Source: Parcubacteria group bacterium (lineage in GTDB: Bacteria > Patescibacteriota > Patescibacteriia > UBA1558 > GWA2-36-10). Taken from it: a stretch of 64,000 nucleotides of DNA. Location: positions 4,988 through 68,987 of the forward strand of contig PQAE01000012.1 of assembly GCA_003104935.1 (NCBI GenBank). Reading direction: 5' to 3'. The notes below the pieces were generated by a model. The model was not told the DNA's origin. It made no database searches and saw only the letters and a program-made list of their open reading frames with translations. The position numbers and the translations under genes were made by a program. This document shows positions 9,190 to 19,033 of the stretch, piece by piece (position 1 is the first letter of the stretch; each line of letters begins with the position of its first letter).

Positions 9190-10686
9190 ATGCCTTATTA
9201 TTTGAAAATAAAAAAATTAGATATCACCACCGGACAATCCAATATTGCCCTGTTGCACGAGGATGAAGCTATTCGCTATGGCATCCATGCTGGCGATAAG
9301 ATAGAAATCTGCTGGGGCGACAAAAAAATTATTGCCGAGGCCAATACTAGCGATAAAAAAGTCAAACCCGGACAAATCGCCCTATATAAAGATATTTGGC
9401 AACAGACTAGCATTGCCGACAACACTATAGTAGAGGTGGAAGTGTTGGAGCGGGCTAAATCTGTCCAAGCCATCAAGAAAAGGCTACTAGGCAAGAAATT
9501 GAAATACCAGGATTTTTTCCAAATTTTTTCCGATATTGCCAGCGGCGTACTGACACGCACTGAAACTACCTATTTTGTGGCCTCGGGATTCATGCATAGC
9601 TATACCAATCAAGAGCTTTATTATATGACCAAGGCTATGGCCGAATCCGGTGAAATGCTAAAGTTTCCCGGAATCATAGCCGACAAACACTCGGTGGGCG
9701 GCCTAGCCGGCAACCGCACTACGATGGTGGCAGTGCCCATTTTAGCTTCCCTTGGCCTTACTATTCCCAAAACATCGTCTCGCGCTATAACCTCTCCGGC
9801 CGGCACGGCCGACACTATGGAGGTCTTAGCTAAGGTCTCCTTTAGTGCTGACGAGATCCGACAGATAGTTAAAAAAATCGGCGCTTGTATGGTCTGGGGT
9901 GGAGGATTGAACCTGGCGCCGGCTGATGATAAAATTCTCAAGGTTTCTTATCCCCTTTCCCTGGAACCGTACAGCAAGATGCTAGTTTCCATCATGGCCA
10001 AAAAAGTCGCTACCGGCGTGACTCATCTGATCATCGATATGCCGGTAGGCCCGACGACAAAAATACCCAATATGAAGATTGCCCGTTCGCTGGAGGCAAA
10101 ATTTAAGTATTTGGCTCGACGATTTCATATTAAAATAAAAGTAGTGATGATCCGTACTGAGGATCCGGTCGGCCGCGGTGTAGGACCGGCCTTGGAAGCT
10201 CGCGATGTCTTGCGCGTTCTACAGCAAAGAGATAATTACCCGACGGATTTGGCTAATAAATCAATACATCTGGCAGGCGAACTTCTGGAGCTGACCGGCA
10301 AGGCTAGAAAAGGCCAGGGTGCACACGCGGCTTGGCAGGCGCTAGACAGCGGAGCCGCCTGGAAAAAAATGCAGGAAATCATCAAGGCCCAAGGCGGCAA
10401 TCCCAATGTGACACCCAGTGATATTGTCATCGCTGCACACAAAAAATATATTAATGCCCCACGTAGCGGCCGCATAATATTTACGGACAATAAAACCATC
10501 AACGTCATTGCCCGCATTTTAGGGGCCCCGGCAGACAAGCTGGCTGGCGTTTATTTGAACAAGGAGTATGATGACCGCGTCAAAAAAGACGAGCGCTTAT
10601 TTACCCTTTATGCACGCACTCCCGAACGCATTCGGCTAGCCACTAAGGCTCTGGAAAAAATGAGCATTTTCAAGATTGGTCACTAA
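9190..10686 (+). CDS. AMP phosphorylase / thymidine phosphorylase family (archaeal-type long form)
   Basis: DKHSVGG..GNRTT, KTSSRAITSPAGTADTME, SIMAKK, GVGPALEARDVL; N-terminal barrel extension. Confidence 0.88.
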   Translation: MPYYLKIKKLDITTGQSNIALLHEDEAIRYGIHAGDKIEICWGDKKIIAEANTSDKKVKPGQIALYKDIWQQTSIADNTIVEVEVLERAKSVQAIKKRLLGKKLKYQDFFQIFSDIASGVLTRTETTYFVASGFMHSYTNQELYYMTKAMAESGEMLKFPGIIADKHSVGGLAGNRTTMVAVPILASLGLTIPKTSSRAITSPAGTADTMEVLAKVSFSADEIRQIVKKIGACMVWGGGLNLAPADDKILKVSYPLSLEPYSKMLVSIMAKKVATGVTHLIIDMPVGPTTKIPNMKIARSLEAKFKYLARRFHIKIKVVMIRTEDPVGRGVGPALEARDVLRVLQQRDNYPTDLANKSIHLAGELLELTGKARKGQGAHAAWQALDSGAAWKKMQEIIKAQGGNPNVTPSDIVIAAHKKYINAPRSGRIIFTDNKTINVIARILGAPADKLAGVYLNKEYDDRVKKDERLFTLYARTPERIRLATKALEKMSIFKIGH

Positions 10687-11735
10687 TGAAAAAAGGAAAG
10701 CAAAAAATATTAGTAGCACTGTCCGGCGGCGTTGATTCCGCCGTGACTTTGTTTTTACTAAAAAAACAGGGCTATTTGGTCGAAGCGGCGTACATGAAAA
10801 ACTTTTCGGAAAGAATTAATATCAAGGGTAGCTGTCCCTGGCGCGAAGACCGAGAAGAAGCTTATCGCGTAGCTACCAAGCTCAATGTGCCGATGCATAC
10901 TTTTGATTTTCAAAAAGAATACCACGATAGAATCGTTGATTATATATTTGAGACCTACCGCCTTGGTCAAACTCCGAATCCCGACGTGCTTTGTAACAAT
11001 GAAATAAAATTTAAATTATTTCTGGAAAAGGCACATAAAATGGGTTTTGATAAAATCGCTACCGGACACTACGCTCAGGTAAAGCGGAATAAGAAGTATT
11101 ACCATCTAATACGCGGCAAGGACTCAACTAAAGACCAATCATATTTTTTGGCCGGCTTGGAGCAGTGGCAATTAGCCAGAGCTTTATTTCCGGTGGGTGG
11201 ATTGTTGAAGTCTGAGGTCAGAAAAATCGCCAGGCGGGCGCATTTGCCCAATGCCCAAAGGCCAGATTCACAGGGAATTTGTTTTATTGGCAAGATAAAG
11301 CTTGCGGACTTTCTGGCTCAGAAAATAAAGCCAAAAAAAGGCGATATAGTTGACATAAAAGGCCGTAAATTGGGCGAGCATAGGGGAGTCTGGTTTTATA
11401 CTATTGGTCAGCGCCACGGGCTGAATATTGGCGGTTCAGGACCATGGTATGTGGCCAAGAAAGATATTAGGAAGAATAGATTAGTTGTCGCAAAAATTAC
11501 TGACCCTGAGTTATATGTCAATGCTGTTAAAGTCAGTGGATGGCATTGGGTGGCAGAGAGTTATAAACTGCCGCTGAAAACATCGGCCCAAATCCGTTAT
11601 CGACAGGAACCACAAAAATGCGTCGTATATAAAAACAAAGTAGATTTTGTCGCTCCGCAAAAAGGAGTAGCCAGCGGGCAGACCATCGCACTCTACAAAA
11701 AAAATAAGCTAATTGCTAGCGCTAATGTATTTTAA
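10686..11735 (+). CDS. mnmA: tRNA 2-thiouridine(34) synthase MnmA
   Basis: SGGVDS, TPNPDVLCN.EIKF, ATGHYA, KDQSYFL, DSQGICFIG, YTIGQR. Confidence 0.96.
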   Translation: MKKGKQKILVALSGGVDSAVTLFLLKKQGYLVEAAYMKNFSERINIKGSCPWREDREEAYRVATKLNVPMHTFDFQKEYHDRIVDYIFETYRLGQTPNPDVLCNNEIKFKLFLEKAHKMGFDKIATGHYAQVKRNKKYYHLIRGKDSTKDQSYFLAGLEQWQLARALFPVGGLLKSEVRKIARRAHLPNAQRPDSQGICFIGKIKLADFLAQKIKPKKGDIVDIKGRKLGEHRGVWFYTIGQRHGLNIGGSGPWYVAKKDIRKNRLVVAKITDPELYVNAVKVSGWHWVAESYKLPLKTSAQIRYRQEPQKCVVYKNKVDFVAPQKGVASGQTIALYKKNKLIASANVF

Positions 11736-11765
11736 AACCTCCCCGGCCGTTGCCAGGGAGGTTTT
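11734..11765. terminator. Bidirectional intrinsic terminator
   Basis: aaaacctccc...gggaggtttt between convergent genes. Confidence 0.75.
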
Positions 11766-11780
11766 AGTATTGGAGGCATT

Positions 11781-12059
11781 TCATTCGCCGACTTTCTCAA
11801 AATAGGCGCCGGGCACCCATTTATTTCTTCCGTCCAAACAAAAGAAATAGTAATTTTCGTGAATCCAGCTACAGTCGCACACGACATTGTTCGGCCTGCA
11901 AGCCGGGCCATGCTCCTTGATTCGCAAACTGCGGATCTCTACATTGGTCACGCGGTATGTTTTACCGCTTTCCAATCTATATTCGCGCAGTTGGAGCTCA
12001 GTCAATTGCAAGCCGCTGTCCTTGAGTCGGACTATCTGACCCAGGTGAAGCTCCCACAT
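11781..12059 (-). CDS. Orphan 92-aa protein with a Cys/His cluster
   Basis: AGGAGG (12071-12066) 6 nt before ATG 12059; TTGACA(12122-12117)-17-TATATA upstream; terminator downstream. Confidence 0.65.
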   Translation of the reverse strand: MWELHLGQIVRLKDSGLQLTELQLREYRLESGKTYRVTNVEIRSLRIKEHGPACRPNNVVCDCSWIHENYYFFCLDGRNKWVPGAYFEKVGE

Positions 12060-12122
12060 GACATTCCTCCTAAAATGAACTCCGGTCACTTTCTATATAC
12101 TCCCTGACCGGATTTATGTCAA

Positions 12123-12155
12123 AAGAAAAAGCCCCGCGCGAACGAGGCTTTTCTT
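12123..12155 (-). terminator. Intrinsic terminator of putative ncRNA-1
   Basis: Minus strand aagaaaagcctcg-ttcgcg-cggggctttttctttt. Confidence 0.75.
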
Positions 12156-12397
12156 ATGAAAGAGTGCTCGGGATGACTTTGAACCTCCACCAGCAGGTCA
12201 GTGTTTCTGGGACGACTCCACCTCGGCTGGCGCCGATGGCTTCATAGTCTCCTGACTACATGCAGTGTAGACACCACTCGCGGTTCAAAAACCGCTCAAC
12301 ACATATTCGGCTTCAGTCCGCCGTCCAGCCACGGGGATTCGAACCCCAAAGCCCAATTGCAGGCTGTTTACCCGAGCACTACTCGTAAAGTACATTT
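12123..12397 (-). ncRNA. Putative structured ncRNA-1 (~270 nt) with a tRNA T-arm-like hairpin
   Basis: Promoter and terminator on the same strand; 10-bp closing stem 12163-12172/12371-12380; GGGGUUCGAAUCCCC; several internal hairpins; no SD-led ORF seen. Confidence 0.6.
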
Positions 12398-12403
12398 CGC
12401 ATA

Positions 12404-12432
12404 AATATATCTCCAGTTACTGATTTTGTCAA
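12404..12432 (-). promoter_or_regulatory. Sigma70 promoter for ncRNA-1
   Basis: TTGACA (12432-12427)-17 nt-TATATT (12409-12404). Confidence 0.7.
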
Positions 12433-12616
12433 TATCAGCGCATATTGATTAATTAAGATAAATATATCACACATAAATGCATATTCTATTTACACCTATA
12501 CGGGCCGCCATGGATTTCCCCAAATAAGTCAGTATCGCTCCTTCTTTGATACGTCGCTGAGTGATCGGATTATTCCCAGGCGGTACTCTTTTAAATTTTA
12601 TTGGACATAGTAAACC

Positions 12617-12645
12617 TTGACTTTTAAGGCCATTTTACCTATAAT
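12617..12645 (+). promoter_or_regulatory. Sigma70 promoter of alaS
   Basis: TTGACT-17 nt-TATAAT. Confidence 0.7.
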
Positions 12646-12694
12646 TCATATTAATTAACCATTATTTTACGATGGTTTTTTATACCAAAAGCGC

Positions 12695-14440
12695 ATGATG
12701 AAAGCCCAGGAATTAAAGGACAAATATTTAGATTTTTTTGCCTCAAAAAATCATAAAATAATAAGCTCGGCCTCTTTGATACCGGAAAATGACCCTACGG
12801 TTTTATTTACGACCGCCGGTATGCACCCTTTGGTGCCATATTTAATGGGAGAAAAACATCCCGAAGGAAAGCGACTGGCAAATATACAAAAATGCCTGCG
12901 CACTGGTGATATAGACGAGGTGGGGGATGCCATTCACCATACTTTTTTTGAAATGCTTGGTAATTGGTCATTAGGCGATTATTTTAAAAGCGAAACAATA
13001 TCATATTCATGGGAATTGTTAACCAAAATTTATGGGCTTGATAAAAAAAACCTGGCGATTTCTATTTTTGGCGGCAATCAGGCCGTACCCGAATATGACA
13101 AAGAATCGGAGAAATACTGGCTGGATTTGCATATAACTCCCGAGAGAATTTCTAAAGTTACTGACAATTGGTGGGGTCCAGCCGGACAAATCGGTCCCTG
13201 CGGTCCGGACACCGAGATTTTTTATTGGACCGGATCGGGCATTGCTCCGAAAAAATTTGATGAAAGTGACAAAAGCTGGGTGGAGATCTGGAACAATGTT
13301 TTGATGGAATTTAACAAAACTGCAGACGGAATATTTATCCCGTTGAAACAGAAAAATGTGGACACCGGAATGGGTTTGGAAAGAACATTGGCGGTGATCA
13401 ATGGCTTTGACGATAATTATCTGACTGAGCTTTTTCAGCCGATAATTGAAAGGATTGCAGACTTGTCCGGTAAAAAATATTCTAACAACAAAAAAGCCTT
13501 CCGCATTATCGCCGACCATATCCGCAGTGCAGTATTTGTCCTGGGCGACCCTATGGGTATTGCCCCCTCCAATACCGGTCAGGGCTATGTTCTGCGTCGG
13601 CTGATCAGGCGGGCAATTAGATTCGGGAAAGCCCTGGGCCTTGAACACAATTTTTGTACAGCGCTCGCACAGGTCATTATTAATGATCAGTACTATAATC
13701 ACAGCTATCCCGAGATTAAGCGAAATGAAGATTTCATACTGACCGAGTTAGAAAAAGAGGAAATAAAATTTAGACAGACCCTGAAAAAAGGATTAAGGGA
13801 ATTTCAAAAAAAGAAGAGTATTAACGGCGCCGAAGCTTTTCAGTTATTTTCTACCTACGGATTTCCTTTGGAACTAACCGAGGAGCTAGCTAGGGAAAAT
13901 AATTTCCAGATAAATAAAAATGATTTTGCTGCGGAGTTTAAAAAACACCAAGAGCTTTCCCGCACCGCCTCCGCCGGATTATTTAAGGGTGGTTTAGCCG
14001 ACGATTCGGTCATGAGCAAGCGCCATCATACGGCTACCCATCTATTATTACAGGCTTTGCGAATCGTCTTGGGATCGCACGTGGAACAACGCGGAGCCAA
14101 TATCAATACTGAGAGAATACGTTTTGATTTTACCCATTCGGAAAAAATGACTGCCGCACAACTCAAAAAAGTGGAAGATTTGATTAATGAACAGATAGAA
14201 AAAAGACTACCGGTTGGTTTTAAGGAAATGAGCGTTGAGGACGCAAAGCAACGCGGCGCTATGGGCATTTTTACTCAAAAATATGGGGAAAAGGTAAAAG
14301 TGTACACGGTGGGCGATTTCAGCCAAGAAATTTGCGGCGGTCCGCATGTGGATAATACCAAAGAGCTGGGACATTTTAAAATATTGAAAGAAGAATCTAG
14401 CTCGGCCGGTATTAGAAGAATAAAGGCAAAACTAGAATAA
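12695..14440 (+). CDS. alaS: Alanine--tRNA ligase, short form lacking the C-Ala domain
   Basis: DPTVLFTTAGM, HHTFFEMLGNWS.GDYFK, VDTGMGLER, editing HTATH and EICGGPHV; ends at GIRRIKA. Confidence 0.96.
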   Translation: MMKAQELKDKYLDFFASKNHKIISSASLIPENDPTVLFTTAGMHPLVPYLMGEKHPEGKRLANIQKCLRTGDIDEVGDAIHHTFFEMLGNWSLGDYFKSETISYSWELLTKIYGLDKKNLAISIFGGNQAVPEYDKESEKYWLDLHITPERISKVTDNWWGPAGQIGPCGPDTEIFYWTGSGIAPKKFDESDKSWVEIWNNVLMEFNKTADGIFIPLKQKNVDTGMGLERTLAVINGFDDNYLTELFQPIIERIADLSGKKYSNNKKAFRIIADHIRSAVFVLGDPMGIAPSNTGQGYVLRRLIRRAIRFGKALGLEHNFCTALAQVIINDQYYNHSYPEIKRNEDFILTELEKEEIKFRQTLKKGLREFQKKKSINGAEAFQLFSTYGFPLELTEELARENNFQINKNDFAAEFKKHQELSRTASAGLFKGGLADDSVMSKRHHTATHLLLQALRIVLGSHVEQRGANINTERIRFDFTHSEKMTAAQLKKVEDLINEQIEKRLPVGFKEMSVEDAKQRGAMGIFTQKYGEKVKVYTVGDFSQEICGGPHVDNTKELGHFKILKEESSSAGIRRIKAKLE

Positions 14441-14450
14441 ATTTAATTTC

Positions 14451-14512
14451 TTCGAGCGAACCCGATCAAAGCGAGGGAGAGTCGAGAAGTATTAGTTCTC
14501 GACAAGCTCGAA
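14451..14512. repeat. REP-like nested palindromic element
   Basis: Outer ttcgagc/gctcgaa, inner gtcgagaa/ttctcgac. Confidence 0.55.
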
Positions 14513-14523
14513 CAAAAAAAAAT

Positions 14524-14892
14524 ATGGACATAAAAATTTACAACCGGAATTTTGACCTGACCCAGCCGCTACGCGACTATCTGCACGAGAAATTCGGTGC
14601 GCTGGAAAAATACAATATGAATATTTTGGGCTTTCATGTGGAGATGAACCGCGATAACCATCACCAAAAAGGCGAGGTTTATAACATCGAAGTGCATCTG
14701 CATTTGCCGGACAAACAGACCATCACTATGAAGGAAATTCAGGATGATGCCTATGCGGCCATTGACTTGCTACAGACCAAGATTGCCCGCGCCATGGTCA
14801 AGCTCAAGGCTAAAAATACAAGCAAATTTCGCCGCGCGGCCGGCAAGCTACGGGCCTTAAAATTTTGGAGTAAGAGCAATAAAGAGTATTAA
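14524..14892 (+). CDS. raiA: Ribosome hibernation factor HPF/RaiA (short form)
   Basis: M.I.I...NFDLT.PLRDY..EKF..LEKY; DAYAAID; upstream of secA. Confidence 0.85.
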   Translation: MDIKIYNRNFDLTQPLRDYLHEKFGALEKYNMNILGFHVEMNRDNHHQKGEVYNIEVHLHLPDKQTITMKEIQDDAYAAIDLLQTKIARAMVKLKAKNTSKFRRAAGKLRALKFWSKSNKEY

Positions 14893-14983
14893 TCCTTAAT
14901 CACTGAAACGGCTGAGTCGCGTTAGAAATTTGAATCTTAATGTGGCCCACATAATTGAGAGTTATTATTAAATTTTTAACCGG

Positions 14984-17746
14984 ATGAGTTTCTTAGACAA
15001 ATTATTTGGTGACGCCAATAAAAAATATCTCGATAGCCTCAAACCACAAATTGAGGCTATTAATGCTTTAGAAAAGAAATTTGAATCTCTAACTGACGCC
15101 CAGATTAAAGAACGTAGCTTTGATTTAAAAAAACAAGTCGGCGAAGGAAAAAATCTGGATGAAGTATTAGTGCCGGCTTTTGCCTTGGTACGCGAAGCCG
15201 CCAAGCGAACTCTGAGACAGCGCCACTTTGATGTGCAACTCCTAGGAGGCATGGTTTTGCATCGGGGTCAAGTCGCAGAAATGAAAACCGGTGAGGGAAA
15301 GACCTTAACCTCCACCTTACCCATTTATCTTAATGCTTTAGAGAGCAGAGGCGTTCACGTGGTTACTGTCAACGACTATCTGGCCAAACGCGATGCCGTC
15401 TGGATGGGACAGATTTATGGTTTACTAGGTTTGACCGTGGGCACTATCCAGCACGAAGCCTCTTTTTTATACGACAGTGTTAAAGCCGACGCGGAAAAGG
15501 AAAAACTGCGTGACCAGGGCGTATCAGTGGTGATGGACTACTTGACCCCGGTTTCACGCCAGGATGCCTACAAAGCAGACATCACCTACGGCACCAATAA
15601 TGAATTTGGTTTTGATTATCTGCGTGATAACATGGCCCAAGATGTCAGCCAGCAGGTGCAACGCGGCCTGCATTATGCCATTGTGGACGAAGTCGATAGT
15701 ATTTTGATTGACGAAGCTAGAACACCGCTGATTATCTCTGCACCGGCTGACGAATCAACCGACAAATATCGACAATTTTCCATTCTAGTAAATCAGCTGG
15801 AGGAAAACGCCGACTATAACATCGATGAAAAGATGCGCGCCGCCACATTGACGGAAGAGGGTATTAAAAAAATGGAAAAGGCCCTAGGTGTGGATAATAT
15901 TTATGAGAGCCAGGGCATGGACACGGTACATCATCTGGAGCAGGCTCTGCGCGCCAAAACGCTTTATCAACTGGATCGTGATTACGTTGTAAAAGACAAC
16001 GAAGTCGTCATCATCGATGAATTCACCGGACGGATGATGCAAGGCCGTCGCTATAGCGAAGGTCTGCACCAGGCTATAGAGGCCAAAGAAGGTGTGGAGG
16101 TCCAGAGAGAGAGTCAGACTCTAGCCACCGTCACCTTTCAAAATTATTTCCGGATGTACGACAAGTTGTCCGGTATGACCGGTACTGCCGCCACCGAGGC
16201 CGAGGAAATGGCTAAAATATACAATTTGGATGTTACGGTCGTGCCTACTAACCGCCCTTTTATCCGTCTGGATCTCAAAGACCGTATTTATCGCTCTGAG
16301 CGAGGAAAATTTAAGGCCTTGATCAGAGAAATCCAGGCCTGTCACGAAAAAGGCCAACCTGTCTTGGTCGGCACCATTTCTATTGAAAAGAACGAGCTCT
16401 TAAGCAGGATGCTGGAAAAAGCCGGTATTCCCCATAGTCTGCTAAATGCCAAACAGCACGAAAAAGAGGCGCAAATCATCGCCCAAGCCGGTCAAAAAGG
16501 CGCGGTCACTGTAGCCACTAATATGGCCGGGCGTGGCGTGGATATCATATTGGGTGGTTCACCCTTTGAGCAGGCCAAATATGAGGAAATAAAGGCCTTA
16601 GGAGGTCTTTTAGTCATGGGTAGCGAGCGCCACGAGTCCCGCCGTATTGATAACCAATTGCGCGGCCGTTCCGGCCGTCAGGGTGATCCCGGAGCCAGCC
16701 AGTTTTATATTTCCATGGAAGATGATCTGATGCGCATCTTCGGATCGGAGCGGATGAAGGGACTGATGGAAAAGCTGGGTATTGCTGAGGACACGGCTAT
16801 AGAAAATAAGCTGATTTCCAATTCAATAGAATCCGCCCAGAAAAAAGTAGAGGGTCATAATTTTGATATTCGCAAACACTTGGTGGAATATGACGACGTT
16901 ATAAATAAGCACCGCCAGGTGATTTACAAAACTCGCCAGAGAATACTGAAATTTTTTGCCGGCCAGGATACGGAAATCGGGGAAAACATAAAAACCTCCG
17001 CCGACCTGGTATTGGATTACGTTAACCAGGAAATAAACAGCGTTGTTTCTTTTCACACCTTAACCGACAAAAACCACGGCGACTTTAACCCCCGCGAAAT
17101 ACTGGAAACTATTAAAACCATCTTTTCATTGTCCGCCTCGGAAGAAGGAAAATTAACCGAGCTGATAAAAACCAATCAAAAGCAAAATACGCACGGCGAG
17201 AGAACCGGCGTCATAGATTATCTGGAGAAAATAGCACGCGAAAAATACGAACAACTGACAAAAGATATCAATGCCAGCGTGGAATTGACGGACAAGACCT
17301 GGGCGCCGATGCAACTGATAGAGCGTGGTATAGTTTTGCGCAGTATGGATTCCCTCTGGGTAGAGCATCTGACCGCCATGGACAAGCTACGCACCGGCAT
17401 CGGCCTACAGGGTTATGGGCAACGGGATCCGCTGGTAGAATACAAACGTGAGTCTTTCGCGCTATTTAATAATCTTCTGGAGTCTATCCGCAAGCAGATA
17501 GTTTATTCCATATATAAGATCCGTCTAGCGCAAAAAATGACTGCCCCCACAGCAAAGGAACCAGCCAAAAAACTGGCTGAGCAAAAAGCCGGCTACAATC
17601 CTTTTAAAAAAGAAGTGGAAAACAGAGAAGGTCAGGATCAATTAGTTTCCAGTAAGCCTAAAGACGAAGAGGGACATAAGATAGGACGCAATGATTTGTG
17701 TTATTGTGGCAGTGGGAAAAAGTATAAAAAATGCCATGGAGCATAG
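14984..17746 (+). CDS. secA: Preprotein translocase ATPase SecA
   Basis: AEMKTGEGKTL, VDEVDSILIDEARTPLIIS, ATNMAGRG, RSGRQGDPG, C-terminal SEC-C motif. Confidence 0.98.
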   Translation: MSFLDKLFGDANKKYLDSLKPQIEAINALEKKFESLTDAQIKERSFDLKKQVGEGKNLDEVLVPAFALVREAAKRTLRQRHFDVQLLGGMVLHRGQVAEMKTGEGKTLTSTLPIYLNALESRGVHVVTVNDYLAKRDAVWMGQIYGLLGLTVGTIQHEASFLYDSVKADAEKEKLRDQGVSVVMDYLTPVSRQDAYKADITYGTNNEFGFDYLRDNMAQDVSQQVQRGLHYAIVDEVDSILIDEARTPLIISAPADESTDKYRQFSILVNQLEENADYNIDEKMRAATLTEEGIKKMEKALGVDNIYESQGMDTVHHLEQALRAKTLYQLDRDYVVKDNEVVIIDEFTGRMMQGRRYSEGLHQAIEAKEGVEVQRESQTLATVTFQNYFRMYDKLSGMTGTAATEAEEMAKIYNLDVTVVPTNRPFIRLDLKDRIYRSERGKFKALIREIQACHEKGQPVLVGTISIEKNELLSRMLEKAGIPHSLLNAKQHEKEAQIIAQAGQKGAVTVATNMAGRGVDIILGGSPFEQAKYEEIKALGGLLVMGSERHESRRIDNQLRGRSGRQGDPGASQFYISMEDDLMRIFGSERMKGLMEKLGIAEDTAIENKLISNSIESAQKKVEGHNFDIRKHLVEYDDVINKHRQVIYKTRQRILKFFAGQDTEIGENIKTSADLVLDYVNQEINSVVSFHTLTDKNHGDFNPREILETIKTIFSLSASEEGKLTELIKTNQKQNTHGERTGVIDYLEKIAREKYEQLTKDINASVELTDKTWAPMQLIERGIVLRSMDSLWVEHLTAMDKLRTGIGLQGYGQRDPLVEYKRESFALFNNLLESIRKQIVYSIYKIRLAQKMTAPTAKEPAKKLAEQKAGYNPFKKEVENREGQDQLVSSKPKDEEGHKIGRNDLCYCGSGKKYKKCHGA

Positions 17747-17757
17747 GAATTAAAAAT

Positions 17758-18084
17758 ATGAGCCAATCCAATAACGTAAAAATTGTAGTATTCGTGCCAG
17801 AATCGCACACAGATATAGTCCGCGAAGCAATAGGCAAAGCCGGTGCAGGAAAAATTGGGAACTATACCCACTGTAGTTTTTCATCAAAAGGCATCGGACG
17901 ATTCGAACCAGAACACGGTGCTCATCCAGCGATTGGAGAGGTTGGTAGATTGGAGTCGGTTTATGAGGAACGGATAGAGTTTGTATGCGATCGTAATCTT
18001 ATAAAAGATGTACTTACAGCCATTAAAAAAGTGCATCCTTATGAAGAAGTCGCATTAGACATATATCCGTTGGAAGAATTTTAA
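17758..18084 (+). CDS. Stand-alone YqfO/NIF3-insert (PII-like) domain protein
   Basis: KIVVFVP, AGAGKIGNY.HCSF..G.G.F.P..GA.P.IG, HPYEEVA.DIYPL. Confidence 0.8.
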   Translation: MSQSNNVKIVVFVPESHTDIVREAIGKAGAGKIGNYTHCSFSSKGIGRFEPEHGAHPAIGEVGRLESVYEERIEFVCDRNLIKDVLTAIKKVHPYEEVALDIYPLEEF

Positions 18085-18119
18085 TTCATGCGGGACGCCA
18101 TTAAAAATCAAAAAATGTC

Positions 18120-18560
18120 ATGGAGGGTAAAAAAGTAGAACCGAAGTTAAAAGCCATGTGTCTACTTCTGGATGATCAGAGCCGACTTTTAGCCAGCCAA
18201 GGCTATGATCATATAAAAAAGCAGCGCTTTTATAGAATTTTAGGTGGGCATTTAAACCCCGGCGAGGATCCAGCTGACGGTGTGCGCCGAGAAATCCGTG
18301 AGGAAGTAAATTCTGAAATTGATAATTTAGAATTTTTAGAAGTAATCGATAACCAATTCATATACCAAGGCCGGCCCGGTCACGAAATAGTTCATTTATA
18401 TAAGGGTAAATTATCTCGCCGAGAAATAGAAGATATTCCTCAATTCACGTTCGTTGACGGGCCAGAAGTAATTACCGCACAGTGGATAAAGATTGATGAT
18501 ATTATTCATAAAAAAATTATTGTTTATCCCCACTTTGATGTAAAAAAATACCGTGTATGA
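18120..18560 (+). CDS. Nudix hydrolase
   Basis: GGHLNPGEDPADGVRREIREE Nudix box. Confidence 0.85.
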   Translation: MEGKKVEPKLKAMCLLLDDQSRLLASQGYDHIKKQRFYRILGGHLNPGEDPADGVRREIREEVNSEIDNLEFLEVIDNQFIYQGRPGHEIVHLYKGKLSRREIEDIPQFTFVDGPEVITAQWIKIDDIIHKKIIVYPHFDVKKYRV

Positions 18561-18570
18561 AAAATAGCAA

Positions 18571-19029
18571 ATGGCCAATAAACAAAAAGTAAAAAAAACG
18601 ATCTCTGTTGCCGTGAGCGGCGGATTTGATCCCTTGCATATCGGACATGTGCGTATGTTTAGAGCCGCTAAAAAATTGGGTGATAATCTAACAGTGATAT
18701 TAAATAACGATAATTGGCTAAAGGTAAAAAAAGGCTTTGCTTTTATGCCGGAAAAAGAGCGCGCTGAGATTATCAGAAATATAAAATGGGTTGATCAGGT
18801 GGTGATCACAACTCATAAGCCAAATACGAAAGATATGAGTATCTGCAAAGAACTCACGAGGATAAAACCAAATATCTTTGCTAACGGTGGGGATAGAAAG
18901 CTGGGCAATATTCCGGAGGTCCCGGTATGCCGTCGCCACCATATTAAAATGGTCTTTAATATCGGCCATGGTGGGAAGATTCAATCCAGTTCCTGGCTGT
19001 TGATGGAGTATAAAAATAAAGTTAAATGA
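18571..19029 (+). CDS. Cytidylyltransferase-like (HIGH) nucleotidyltransferase
   Basis: SGGFDPLHIGH, FANGGDR, KIQSSS. Confidence 0.85.
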   Translation: MANKQKVKKTISVAVSGGFDPLHIGHVRMFRAAKKLGDNLTVILNNDNWLKVKKGFAFMPEKERAEIIRNIKWVDQVVITTHKPNTKDMSICKELTRIKPNIFANGGDRKLGNIPEVPVCRRHHIKMVFNIGHGGKIQSSSWLLMEYKNKVK

Positions 19030-19033
19030 TAAG

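Noticed and set aside
12326-12366. tRNA gene suggested by GGTTCGAATCC
   Set aside because: No anticodon arm, only a 5-bp acceptor-like stem and no CCA; kept only as a subdomain of ncRNA-1
12201-12404. 67-aa plus-strand ORF
   Set aside because: Antisense to the promoter-terminator unit, with no RBS or recognisable motif
12645-12695. T-box leader for alaS
   Set aside because: The leader is ~45 nt and has no T-box sequence
14451-14512. raiA-motif RNA upstream of hpf/raiA
   Set aside because: Only ~60 nt and built like a REP-type palindrome
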